A stretch of 64,000 bases of DNA. Origin: Eledone cirrhosa. Lineage: Eukaryota. Positions 13,191-26,324 of the stretch are shown piece after piece. Position 1 is the first letter of the stretch. Each line of letters opens with the position of its first letter. Position numbers and translations under genes: made by a program. The notes under the pieces are model-generated. The model ran no database searches, was not told the origin of the DNA, and was given only the letters and a program-made list of their open reading frames with translations. The DNA lies in contig OZ024741.1 in the NCBI GenBank assembly GCA_964016885.1, forward strand, positions 412,424,001-412,488,000. Direction: 5' to 3'.

Positions 13191-13652
13191 GAGATGAGAT
13201 GTAATAACATCGAAACTAGTCCAATATTCCTGTCTGGCCCTCTGGAGAATAGAGGAAATGTGTTTCCTTGAAAACCCGTATGACTCTAAAACCCGGTCCG
13301 TCTGTGTGGTTACATACAGACTAGCTGACACTCACTGCAAAGTGTCTAGTGAAAAGCTGAGTACATGTACATATGTATACATGTGTGTATTTATATGCAT
13401 ACTAATACTTCCGTATACATATGTAGATGTACACTTTAACTTAATTGTTTAAGCGTCAGTCATACAAAAGTGAGTTAGAAGCGAAACGAAATTTAATTTC
13501 GTTTCGTTATTTGTTTTTATCGTTTCCGCTGAACCGGTGCGTACAATGACTCACGTTCTATGCAAATTAGTCTACCCACTACTAATTTTCATAGAAAAAG
13601 CATATAACGATATGTGCTTTTACAATTCTCCAGAGAAGCCGGAAGATGGGTA

Positions 13653-13697
13653 AATATTGCTGATGAGATGTAATAACATCGAAACTAGTCCAATATT
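13653..13697 (+). ncRNA. Minimal type I hammerhead ribozyme (469-bp repeat)
   Basis: AATATTG-CTGATGA-GATG(taataa)CATC-GAAA-CTAG-TC-CAATATT. Confidence 0.9.
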
Positions 13698-14121
13698 CCT
13701 GTCTGGCCCTCTGGAGAATAGAGGAAATGTGTTTCCATGAAAACCCGTATGACTCTAAAACCCGGTCCGTCTGTGTGGTTACATACAGACTAGCTGACAC
13801 TCACTGTAAAGTGTCTAGTGAAAAGCTGAGTACATGTACATATGTATACATGTGTGTATTTATATGCATACTAATACTTCCGTATACGTATGTAGATGTA
13901 CACTTTAACTTAATTGTTTAAGCGTCAGTCATACAAAAGTGAGTTAGAAGCGAAACGAAATTTAATTTCGTTTCGTTATTTGTTTTTATCGTTTCCGCTG
14001 AACCGGTGCGTACAATGACTCACGTTCTATGCAAATTAGTCTACCCACTACTAATTTTCATAGAAAAAGCATATAACGATATGTGCTTTTACAATTCTCC
14101 AGAGAAGCCGGAAGATGGGTA

Positions 14122-14166
14122 AATATTGCTGATGAGATGTAATAACATCGAAACTAGTCCAATATT
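14122..14166 (+). ncRNA. Minimal type I hammerhead ribozyme (469-bp repeat)
   Basis: Identical to 13653-13697. Confidence 0.9.
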
Positions 14167-14370
14167 CCTGTCTGGCCCTCTGGAGAATAGAGGAAATGTG
14201 TTTCCTTGAAAACCCGTATGACTCTAAAACCCGGTCCGTCTGTGTGGTTACATACAGACTAGCTGACACTCACTGTAAAGTGTCTAGTGAAAAGCTGAGT
14301 ACATGTATACATGTGTGTATTTATATGCATACTAATACTTCCGTATACATATGTAGATGTACACTTTAAC

Positions 14371-14419
<49 letters not shown>

Positions 14420-14421
<2 letters not shown>

Positions 14422-14968
14422 TTTTGAGTTTATGTTGGTTGTATACCAACACCTCAGTATGCAGGCTGGAGCACTCGACGAAGTGCGCAGGTTGGTTTGG
14501 TTACTCCGGAGTAGTGTAAAATAAGGTTAAATAAAAGTCAAATGATTAAAATTTAGCTTCGTTTATTACTGCTATATATATTTCAGTGACAGCCATTTTT
14601 GGCTGTGACCTCTTCAGGCAGTTTGAATTAGTATGGTATAGACAAGTACATATGTTGTTTAGGTGTATGATATTGTCAATACTCTGATATGCCCAGTTCC
14701 TTGTTGGGTTGTTAATTCACTGGGGAACTGGAGTCATATCTGGAGTCATATCATATGACTCCAGTTCCCCAGTGAATTAACAACCCAACAAGGAACTGGG
14801 CATATCAGAGTATTGACAATATCATACACCTAAACAACATATGTACTTGTCTATACCATACTAATTCAAACTGCCTGAAGAGGTCACAGCCAAAGATGGC
14901 TGTCACTGAAATATATATAGCAGTAATAAACGAAGCTAAATTTTAATCATTTGACTTTTATTTAACTT

Positions 14969-14975
<7 letters not shown>
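14420..14975. mobile_element. PLE remnant forming a palindrome with about 225-bp arms
   Basis: 14517-14740 is inverted at 14752-14975. Same family as 24960-25282. Hammerhead in each arm (14568-14622 minus, 14870-14924 plus). Confidence 0.8.
14870..14924 (+). ncRNA. Type I hammerhead ribozyme
   Basis: ACTGC-CTGAAGA-GGTCACAGCC..GGCTGTCACT-GAAA-TATATA-TA-GCAGT. Confidence 0.82.
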
Positions 14976-15025
<50 letters not shown>

Positions 15026-15179
15026 GTATTGTGCTGTGCTTTCTAGCAAAAAAGCCACCAGCCGTAAGCAACTACCACACCCCTTCCAACCTGACCGCGA
15101 CTACGTCACGATTCTTAGCCATTTTGAATGAATTCTTGGCGCGATCACTTTGGAAAATTTAATGTCTAGATCAGAGCAA

Positions 15180-15266
15180 ATCTCCTGATGAATCCCATGC
15201 TCGAGTTATATAATTATTACATAATTATTGGAAATCTCAAAATGCGGACGAAACCGTGGTAGAGGT
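15180..15266 (+). ncRNA. Type I hammerhead with extended stem II, in PLE remnant about 15022-15540
   Basis: ATCTC-CTGATGA-ATCC..(about 50 nt)..GGAC-GAAA-CCGTGG-TA-GAGGT. The base of stem II is an A-C mismatch. Confidence 0.62.
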
Positions 15267-15564
15267 ATTTAAATGTATTCTATTTTCTCCTAGTTTATTT
15301 TACACCTAATTCTGTTTAATTGACTGTATCTGGGCGATTACGCTGTCGAAATATTCGATAAATATTCCGTTGCGGCCGACGCGAAGAGCTAGTTTCGGTT
15401 ATTTGTTGGAGATTTCTTCATAGAAGCCCCATTCTTATAGCCTGGTCTATTCGATTTTTTATATAGTTAATTATGCTAATTGGAAGAGGAAATGGTATAT
15501 ATTTTATTTTATCTTATGATTCTATAGACATGTTTTATGATATATATATATATATATATATATG

Positions 15565-17014
<1,450 letters not shown>

Positions 17015-17022
<8 letters not shown>

Positions 17023-17195
17023 GAGCTTCTACAGGACTAGAACTGTTTCATTCGTGAGAAATCATCAGGATGATTTCTCAGGAATGAAACATTTCTAGTC
17101 CTATAGAAGCTCTTCTATATTAAAACTTTTATACTCTGCTATGTATTGAGTACCTTACTTACTGTGGTTACCTCCGATTCATCCCGGAATAATTT
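17015..17195. mobile_element. PLE remnant: palindrome folded back at a hammerhead core
   Basis: 17015-17066 is inverted at 17069-17120. Same family at 18140-18235 and 26742-26930. Confidence 0.68.
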
Positions 17196-17341
17196 GCTCG
17201 CACCAACCTGAGGTATCTGATTTTTAATGCGATGAAATACCAATGATGGTTGGAAAATCACTGACGAAGGACTATTTTTATCATATGTAACCCATGTGCA
17301 AACCACGCAGTATTCTTCTTTCTTCTCATGTTATATATATA

Positions 17342-17560
17342 TAGTAATAATAATAAATTTGAAGACTAAAATCCAAAGAGGGCTCGATAAGGATAAATAT
17401 ATATCAAATATATAAGAACCGTAGAGCAAATACTTATTAAAATAACAGATTAAAGTTTAAGCAAAGAATCGCTGCTTTCACCCTTAACGGGATCTTCTGA
17501 AAACGCAGTTAAGGGTGAAAGCAGCGATTCTTTGCTTAAACTTTAATCTGTTATTTTAAT
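17342..17560. mobile_element. PLE-like remnant with palindrome; hammerhead-like motif with CAGAAGA core on the minus strand
   Basis: 17436-17489 is inverted at 17508-17560. 17342-17428 is duplicated at 17780-17867. Plus-strand homologue at 34402-34470. Confidence 0.6.
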
Positions 17561-17574
17561 ATATATATATATAT

Positions 17575-17743
17575 AACGAAGGAAATGTGGTAAGGAACCA
17601 GGTGGACCATAACGCACCAAAGTACTCAATACTTAAGGTAGTAGAGTGGGTAATAGGAACGAGTAGGACCAGAATTAGTCCAGAATTAGTCCAGAATTAG
17701 CCGTCAAAACGGCTTGAGCTCAGCCGTCGGGGTCCTACTCGTT

Positions 17744-17748
<5 letters not shown>
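17575..17748. mobile_element. PLE-like family with fold-back structure (also 25345-25530 and 25871-26250)
   Basis: Shared GCCGTC(G/A)AAACGGCTTGAGCTCAGCYGTCGGGGTC, which reads as the 3' half of a hammerhead, in inverted arrangements between (TA)n tracts. Confidence 0.62.
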
Positions 17749-17784
<36 letters not shown>

Positions 17785-17896
17785 ATAATAATAAATTTGA
17801 AGACTAAAATCCAAAGAGGGCTCGATAAGGATAAATATATATCAAATATATAAGAACCGTAGAGCAATCTGTTATTTTAATAAATATATATATTAA

Positions 17897-17927
<31 letters not shown>

Positions 17928-18251
17928 CGATATTAATAAATGGAAACTATATTTATAAAACCATATTTATTTCATTATACATATTTCAGGGATACCATAT
18001 TAAATTATGGTATGCCTTCATCAGACAAAATACAATATATAACAGTTTTACAAATAGGTTTGACGTACCCTTTTAAAATACAACCATTACTTTCGGAGGC
18101 TGTCTGGATATATATATATATTTATATTTATATATATTGTAATATAGAAGAGCTTCTACAGGACTAGAACTGTTTCATTCGTGAGAAATCATCAGGGAGC
18201 TCTGTGGTTACCCCCGATAGACCCCGGAATAACTTATATATATATATATAT

Positions 18252-18588
18252 AAAGAAAAAAAGATGAAATCGAAAATGCAACTGGAGTCTTATTTAAAAA
18301 AATATATATATATTTATTTGGTTCCTTTACCGGTTTCGCAGTTCTTCTGCTTTTCAAAAGTAGAATTGAGATGGAGGGTCTGTGGTTTTTCTGACCCTCC
18401 ATCTCAACTGTACTTTTGAAAAGCAGAAGAACTGCGAAACCGGTAAAGGAACCAAATAAATATATATATATATTTTTAAATAAGACTCCAGTTGCATTTT
18501 CGATTTCAGCTTTTTTTCTTTATACTTTCACTCGTGTAGGACACCTCGGTTATTTTTCATATTGTAAAAAAAACCTCACTTTCTAATA
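18252..18588. mobile_element. PLE-like palindrome with U3-A8 variant hammerheads
   Basis: 18252-18380 is inverted at 18394-18522. Same family at 28805-28930 and 29323-29517. Confidence 0.72.
18413..18448 (+). ncRNA. Minimal hammerhead, UUGAAAA core variant
   Basis: CTT-TTGAAAA-GCAG(aagaa)CTGC-GAAA-CCGG-TA-AAG. Confidence 0.65.
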
Positions 18589-18669
18589 TATATATATAAC
18601 AATTTACGGAGTATATAAAATTGCAAAATTATTATTTAAAACATCAGAATCCAGAAGAGTGGCAATAAA

Positions 18670-19425
18670 TGTTATTCCCACTCTTCTGGATTCCCACTCT
18701 TCTGGCATCGGCGTTTCCTTGAGGCTTGGACTCCGGATCTGTGAGCCACATAAATGTTGCCGTGGATCCACTGTCGACTCTTTCGGCCTCCACCCGCTTT
18801 CCTCTCGCCACAGTGCCAGCCGTCTTCGACGCCATGCTGCCCTCAACGAGTTCATAAAGCATGGCTTGGACGCTGCAGACTTCCCCTCCCTGCTCGAGCC
18901 GGTGGGGCTGGACCGAGGGCACGGCAAAAGGCCAGACGGTATGACCATCTTCCCGTTCTGCGGTGGCAAACCCCTCGTCTGGGATGCCACTTGCAGCGAC
19001 ACTTTCTCCAACAGCAACCTGGTGCAGTCTGCGACTAACCCAGGTATAATAATGTAAAGAATATTTTTACAGAATGGAGCATATATAGATCAAATTTTCC
19101 CTTCCCAGCTTGAGCCGGGGGGCTGGACCGAGGGAACGACAAATGGCCAGGTACTCCTGCACGTTGGACTGAGGAGACCAAACTCTCCAAATACCGGTCG
19201 CTCTCCGACAGGTTCGCGGTCGTACCCTTGTCAGTGGAGACTTCTGGTGTTCTTGGCCCTAGGGCTACTTCCCTATTCACCACCATAGGCGCTGAGCTGG
19301 CCAGGTGTGAGCCTCGCGATCTGGAATGGCTCTTCCAGCGCATCTCCCTTACTATCCTCAGGGGAAACGCCTTCTCGATTCTGTCCGCCGGGGCTGTGGG
19401 GAGCCCAGCACGTGGGATCCCATTT
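18670..19425 (+). mobile_element. CRE-clade-like non-LTR retrotransposon 3' fragments (restriction-like endonuclease)
   Basis: RHAALN..LEP..KRPDG..LVWDAT in ORF 18659-19057 and VETSGVLG..LFQRISLTILRGNA in ORF 19228-19443. Confidence 0.75.
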
Positions 19426-19914
19426 GCTCACCATACGGATTAAGACATATAAGGGTGGTTTTTCTGCTAGTGTGTATAATGGTACTACATGTACAGATAC
19501 GAATAGTTTGTGGCTATGTGTACCTAGTAGAACTAACTGCTACATATAAGTAACCAAAATAAACGCCGATAACCCCTAGATAATTTTAGCCATTACTTGC
19601 CTCCATAAACACTTATAACATTAACGCTTATAATACCGTTTAGTGAGGTAGAATTAGATTATAGCTTCAGTGAATAAATAATATGGTATTTGCACCAATT
19701 AGAGTCATATAGTATATCAGAATAAGAGTACCGGAAAAACCTGACAGAATAATTATCAAGAACAGTATCGTGAAACAATTCTGGCAATTCCAATCTTCCA
19801 TAACCTTAGAAAAAACTTGATTTATATTTTGTCGTTTCAACCAAAATGGTAGACACACATCGATCAGTAATTAAATACTTTTTAATGTTGTATATAATTG
19901 ATCATGATGATTCT

Positions 19915-20400
19915 CTATAAAAATAATGTAAAGAATATTTTTACAGAATGGAGCATATGTAGATCAAATTTTTCCTTCTCAGCTTGAGCCGGTAGGGCTG
20001 AACCGAGGGAACGACAAAAGGCCAGATGGCATGACCATCTTCCAGTTCCGCGGTGGCAAACCCCTCGTCTGGGATGCCACTTGCACCGACACTTTCTCCA
20101 ACCGCAACCTGGTACAGTCTTCGATTGACCCAGGTTCTGCTGCACGTCAGGCTGAGGAGGCCAAACTCTTCAAATACATGTCACTCTCCGACAGGTTTGC
20201 AGTCGTATCCTTGGCGAATCCTGGTGTCCTCGGCCCTAGGGCTACCTCCCTACTCACCACCATAGGCGCTGAGCTGGCCAGCTGCAGGTGTAAGCCTCGC
20301 GAGTTGGAATGGCTTTTCCAGCGCGTCTCCCTTGTCGTCCTCCGGGGAAACGCCTTCTCCATTCTGTCCGCCGGGGCTGTGGGGAGGCCACCAATATGAT
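19915..20400 (+). mobile_element. Second CRE-like 3' fragment
   Basis: ORF 20031-20399 is paralogous to 18940-19400. 19915-20020 duplicates 19045-19150. Confidence 0.75.
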
Positions 20401-20699
20401 TGACTGACTTGTCATTTTATCAGTCAGATGTTTCTAGACCCGTTGTGTCATTACTAATAGGTCTTTTGGTTGTCAGGTGTCTACTAACACACTCACACAC
20501 GCACACATATAAGACCTCACTCCCACACACTCGCACAAGCACATTACATATTTATACTCTGCTTTGTATGTAGATCAAATAAATAATGTATTAATTGTTC
20601 AAACTCGGTGATCTATTTCTTGTGTTAATAGATAATAAATGATTTTTTAGTAGAAGGTTTCTTCGAATCCTATGACAGTAGCTCTTGATTTTTGTCATT

Positions 20700-21965
20700 G
20701 TTCATTGTTCATTATAGTTATATAACACTTGTCCATAAGAACTCATTCAATCTTATTTGAAATGTATGTATAGATCTTGCCTCTACTACTTTGCTAGTTT
20801 GTTCCATATGTCAACCACTCTCTAGCAGAACGAGTATTTTCTTACTTGCTCTTTTTTAATAGCTTGTATTTGTGCCCCCTAGTCGTAGCTTAACATTCTT
20901 TTGAAATACGTTTGAAACTTCTGGATTATATTTATCGTGTAATATCCTATATATTTCTATCAGATCCCCTCTCAAACACCAGTAAACCAGTGTAGGTAAC
21001 TTCAGTTCTTTAACACAATCTTCATATGACATCTTTGATAATCCAGGTACCAGTTTAGTCGCTCTTCTTTGAACTTTTTCTAACATATCAATATATTTCT
21101 TCAGATACGGACTCCACACAGTGTTCACATACCCTAAGTGCGGTATTACAAGTGCAGTATACAGTGATTTCAATATTTATTTGTCGATATACTCAAAAGT
21201 TCTTTTGATGATGCCAACGATAGAGTTACCTTTGTTTACTATTTCATGAATGTGCTTTTCAAAGTAAAATTTACTTTCTAAAATGACACCAATATCTTTT
21301 TCTTCTCTACATTTGATCATAGGTTTTAAACTTGTATCTAGTTTGTAGTCAAAAGGTTCTACCTTATTTTTTTCCAATTCTCAAAACTTTCCATTTATCC
21401 ATATGGAATCGTAGTAACCATTTATCTTACCATCTTTTTCATGTCATAAATATCTGATTGCAATATTTCACACTTGTTGGCATGTTATTTCCTTGAAAAT
21501 TTTAGTATCATCAGCGTATAAAAATATTTCACTGTTACTAGAAACACTAGATGGTAAGTTGTTTATAGAACAAAGTATATAGGACCTAGTATCGATCCTT
21601 GCGGGATCCCACTTGTTACAACTTTCCATTTTGAGCTTTCACTGTTTACTCTTTGCTTTCTGTTTAATAAGAATGCTTTAATCCATGTGATGTATTGTTC
21701 ACTAAAGTTGTACATTTTAAGCTTCACATGACTGACCTTGTTAAAAGCCTTCATAAAGTCAAAGTAGGTCACCTCCACTACTCCTCCATTATCTAAGATT
21801 TTTGTCCATTTGTTAATTACGGTTAGTAACTGCTAAACTGTTGATCTTCTTCAGATAAATCCATATTGTTTCTTACTAAAAAGTTTGTTTTCTTTCATAT
21901 GATTTATTATTCCTTCACGGACGATGATTTCCATAACTTTCCGTAACTTTCCATGTCAAACTCAC
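20700..21965 (-). mobile_element. Degenerate CR1-clade LINE (RT and C-terminus)
   Basis: Minus-strand fragments DFMKAFNKV, SGIPQGSILGP, LYADD, EKDIGV and LEKVQRRATKLVP. Confidence 0.85.
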
Positions 21966-22121
21966 ACGTCTAATATATGTTCTGTGATTATAAATGTAAG
22001 GAAACTAGATGTGTGTGTGTGTGTGTGTGCGCGCGCGCGCGTGTGTGTGTGTGCAATACTAAGAAGGTGTATATCCTGTTCCAGTAATTTTAATCCAATC
22101 TAATGTCGTTTGATTTCAACA

Positions 22122-24162
22122 TTGGTAGTGGTGGTAGTGTTAGTGGTAGTGGTGGTGGTAGTGGTAGTTGTGGTAGTAGTGGTAGTGGTAGTGGTCGTGG
22201 TAGTGGTAGTTGTGGTAGTAGTGGTAGTGGTAGTGGTAGTAGTGGTAGTGGTGGTGGTAGTGGTAGTTGTGGTAGTAGTGGTAGTGGTAGTAGTGGTAGT
22301 GGTAGTGGTGGTGGTAGTGGTAGTTGTGGTAGTAGTGGTAGTGGTAGTGGTAGTAGTGGTAGTGGTAGTGGTGGTGGTTGCGGTAGTGGTAGTGGTGGTA
22401 GTGGTAGTGGTGGTAGTGGTAGTGGTAGTGGTGGTAGTGGTAGTGGTGGTGGTAGTGGTAGTTGTGGTAGTAGTGGTAGTAGTAGTGGTCGTGGTAGTGG
22501 TAGTTGTGGTAGTAGTGGTAGTGGTAGTGGTAGTAGTGGTAGTGGTGGTGGTAGTGGTAGTTGTGGTAGTAGTGGTAGTGGTAGTGGTCGTGGTAGTGGT
22601 AGTTGTGGTAGTAGTGGTAGTGGTAGTGGTAGTAGTGGTAGTGGTGGTGGTAGTGGTAGTTGTGGTAGTAGTGGTAGTGGTAGTAGTGGTAGTGGTAGTG
22701 GTGGTGGTAGTGGTAGTTGTGGTAGTAGTGGTAGTGGTAGTGGTAGTAGTGGTAGTGGTAGTGGTGGTGGTTGCGGTAGTGGTAGTGGTGGTAGTGGTAG
22801 TGGTGGTAGTGGTAGTGGTAGTGGTAGTAGTGGTAGTGGTAGTGGTGGTGGTGGTAGTGGTAATGGTGGTAGTGATAGTGGTAGTGGTGGTAGTGGTAGT
22901 GGTATTGGTGGTGGTAGTGGTAGTTGTGGTAGTAGTGGTAGTAGTAGTGGTAGTGGTAGTGGTGGTGGTAGTGGTAGTTGTGGTAGTAGTGGTAGTGGTA
23001 GTAGTGGTAGTGGTAGTGGTAGTGGTGGTGGTGTTAGTGGTAATGGTGGTAGTGATAGTGGTAGTGGTGGTAGTGGTAGTAGTGGTAGTAGTGGTAGTGG
23101 TAGTAGTGGTTGTGGTAGTGGTGGTGGTAGTAGTGGTGGTGGTAGTGGTAGTGGAAGTGGTAGTGGTGGTGGTAGTGGTAGTGGTAGTAGTGGTAGTAGT
23201 GGTGGTAGTAGTGGTGGTAGTGGTGGTAGTGGTAGTAGTGGTAGTAGTAGTGGTGGTGGTGGTGGTGATGGTGGTAGTAGTAGTAGTGGTAGTGGTAGTG
23301 GTGGTAGTGGTAGTGGTGGTGGTTTGGTAGTGGTGGTAGTAGTGGTGGTAGTGGTAGTAGCGGTAGCAGTGGTGGTACTGGTAGTGGTGATAGTGGTAGT
23401 GGTGGTAGTGGTAGTGGTGGTAGTGGTAGTGATAGTGATAGTGGTAGTGGTGGTAGTGGTGGGAGTGGTGGTAATTGTAGTGGTGCTAGCGGTAGTAGTA
23501 GTGGTAGTGGTAGTGGTAGTGGTAGTGGTGGTAGTGGTAGTAGTAGTAGTGGTAATGGTAGTGGTAGTGGTAGTAGTAGTGGTAGTGGTAGTGGTTGTAG
23601 TAGTAGCAGTAGTGGTAGTGGTATTGGTAGTGGTGGTAGTACTAGCAGTAGTGGTAGTGGTAGTAGTAGTAGTAGTGGTAGTGGTGGTGGTAGTAGTAGC
23701 AGTAGTGGTGGTGGTAGTAGTAACAGTAGTGGTAATGGTAGTGGTAGTTGTATTGGTGGTAGTAGTAGTAGTAGTATTGGTGGTGGTAGTAGTAGCAGTA
23801 GTGGTAATGGTAGTGGTAGTGGTATTGGTGGTAGTAGTAGTAGTAGCAGTAGTGGTAGTGGTAGCCATAGTCAGTATGATCTTTTTCAACTCAAAAAGAC
23901 GTCATCTGAAATATAGCAATATACCGCAAAACATTGCTTCTGAAGTGTTGCATTAGGATTGTAGTGGTGGTGGTAGTAGCAGCAGTAGTGGTAGTGGTAT
24001 TGGTAGTAGTAGTAGTGGTGGTGGTAGTGGTAGTGGTGGTGGTGCTAGTAGTAGCAGTAGTTGTAGTGGTAGTAGTAGTGGTAGTGGTAGTGGTTGTAGT
24101 AGTAACAGTAGTGGTAGTGGTAGTAGTAGTAGTAGTAGTAGTGGTAGTGGTTGTAGTAGTAG
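22122..24162 (+). repeat. About 2-kb compound (GGT/AGT)n trinucleotide tract
   Basis: Direct reading. One register shift near 23324 and a unique interruption at 23866-23960. Confidence 0.96.
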
Positions 24163-24513
24163 CGCAAAACATTGCTTCTGAAGTGTTGCATTAGTACGGA
24201 CTGTAGGATTGTAGGACTGTAACTAGAATAGGGATAGAAGCTGGAGGGGAGATTAATTTCAAATAGTATCAATTTTTCTTTGTTCTGTAAAATCAAAGAC
24301 TGTAAAATACTTTATAAAAGCTAACGCAATATTGTTAAACCTTCAACTGATACTTTTGTGGGACGTTACTCTCGCTCTCCCCCCCCCCTCTCTCTCTCTC
24401 TTTGAATATCTAACACTTAAATTGTATATCTCTCTGTATAACAGCCTACCTCTCTCTCTCTGTCTGCCTCTCCCTCTGTGTTTGTCTCTCTCTCTTTAGA
24501 TGTGTGTGTGAGT

Positions 24514-24582
<69 letters not shown>

Positions 24583-24851
24583 TGTAGTTTTCGTGTGATT
24601 CAACCAACCAACCATCCAACCAACTAACCAATAAATGTCTTTCTTTTCTATTATATATAGATGAGCCTGCAGTCCGTATCCTAACAGTGTACAGCAGGAT
24701 CTCCAACAGATGAGAAAGTCCTGAGCCGATTTCGGATCACTGCTTTATCAAGGAAACTGGATAGTATTGGATGTCTCACATCTTAACCAGAATCTATATT
24801 GGAATATTCCAATATCACCGTAAATAAATAAATAGATAAATGAATAAATAA

Positions 24852-24951
<100 letters not shown>

Positions 24952-25075
24952 GTAAATAATGATTCCAGTTCCTCAAGGAAATAACAACAAAACCAGGAGC
25001 TGGACATATCGATGTATTGACGGAGTAAAACACACTTCAACAACATGTGTACCTGTCTTTCCCACACCAATTCGG

Positions 25076-25130
25076 ACTGCCTGAAGAGGTCACAGCCAAT
25101 GATGGCTGTCACCGAAATATATATAGCAGT
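25076..25130 (+). ncRNA. Type I hammerhead ribozyme in PLE remnant 24960-25282
   Basis: ACTGC-CTGAAGA-GGTCACAGCCA..TGGCTGTCACC-GAAA-TATATA-TA-GCAGT. Confidence 0.85.
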
Positions 25131-25277
25131 ATATCTATAATTTATAATAAACGAAGCCAAATTTTACATATTAGACTTAATTATTTTACATTACTCTGCA
25201 GTAAACAAACCAGCCTGCCTACTTCGTCGAGTGCTCCAATCTGCATTCTGAGGTTACTGTAATAACCAACATATACT

Positions 25278-25348
<71 letters not shown>

Positions 25349-25552
25349 AAAACGTATGACCCCGACGGCAGAGCTCAAGCCGTTTCGACGGCTATTTCCG
25401 TCAAAACGGCTTGAGCTCTGCCGTCGGGGTCATACTTTTTCCTACTTTTTCCTATTTCTCACTCTACTACCCTAAGTATTGAGTACTCTGGTGCGTTATG
25501 GTCCATCTGGTTCCTTACCACAATTCCTTATATATATATATATATGAATGTA

Positions 25553-25852
25553 TATATAGTGTGTTTTGCAATACACTGTATGCTTAATTAAAAGAATTTC
25601 GAAGACCTTACGCTATTGTTTTAGAGTAGTGACAGTCTCATTTACTTTAATTTTTATCAAACAGGGGAGATAAAGCACTCCGCCTGTGCTTTATCTCCCC
25701 TGTTTGGTGAAAATTAAAGTAAGTGAGACTGTCACTACTCTAAAACAATAGCGTAAGGTCTTCGAAATGCTTTTAATTAAGCATACAGTGTATTGCAAAA
25801 TACATTATATATACATTCATATATATCGCTATTTCAGAGCACCAATTCTAAT
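25553..25852. mobile_element. PLE-like palindrome (family of 12640-13120)
   Basis: 25545-25677 is inverted at 25686-25822. Confidence 0.7.
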
Positions 25853-26324
25853 ATATATATATATATATATAACGAAGGAAATGTGGTAAGGAACCAGGTG
25901 GACCATAACGCACCAAAGTACTCAATACTTGAGGTAGTAGAGTGGGTAATAGGAACCAGTAAGACCCCGACAGCTGAGCTCAAGCCGTTTCGACGGCTAA
26001 TTCTGGATTAGCCCCAGAATTAGCCGTCGAAACGGCTTGAGCTCAGCTGTCGGGGTCTTACTGGTTCCTATTACCCACTCTACTACCTCAAGTATTGAGT
26101 ACTTTGGTGCGTTATGGTCCACCTGGTTCCTTACCACATTTCCTTCGTTATCTAGCTCCTACCCCCGTAGTAGAGCACTTTCCGACCCTACCCCAGAATT
26201 AGCCGTCGAAACGGCTTGAGCTCAGCTGTCGGGGTCTTACTGGTTCCTATATATATATATATATATATTATTGAGTAAAATGACAGGAGGCTAGACTGGT
26301 GAAATTCCTTAAAGGTTTATTATA

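Larger units (their letters stand above)
13193..14376 (+). repeat. 469-bp tandem repeat (about 2.5 units), hammerhead-containing, retrozyme/PLE-like
   Basis: Near-identical units offset by 469 bp (13193, 13662, 14131). Flanked by (TA)n on both sides. Confidence 0.92.

Noticed and set aside
22090-23956. ORFs of 599, 617 and 406 aa (Thr/Pro, Gly/Ser/Val, poly-Val)
   Set aside because: Translations of a stop-free trinucleotide repeat, open in several frames on both strands; no coding signal.
24715-24760. Minus-strand hammerhead-like motif (TTGATAA..CCGAAATCGG)
   Set aside because: Stems I and II cannot be paired in register; too degenerate to call.
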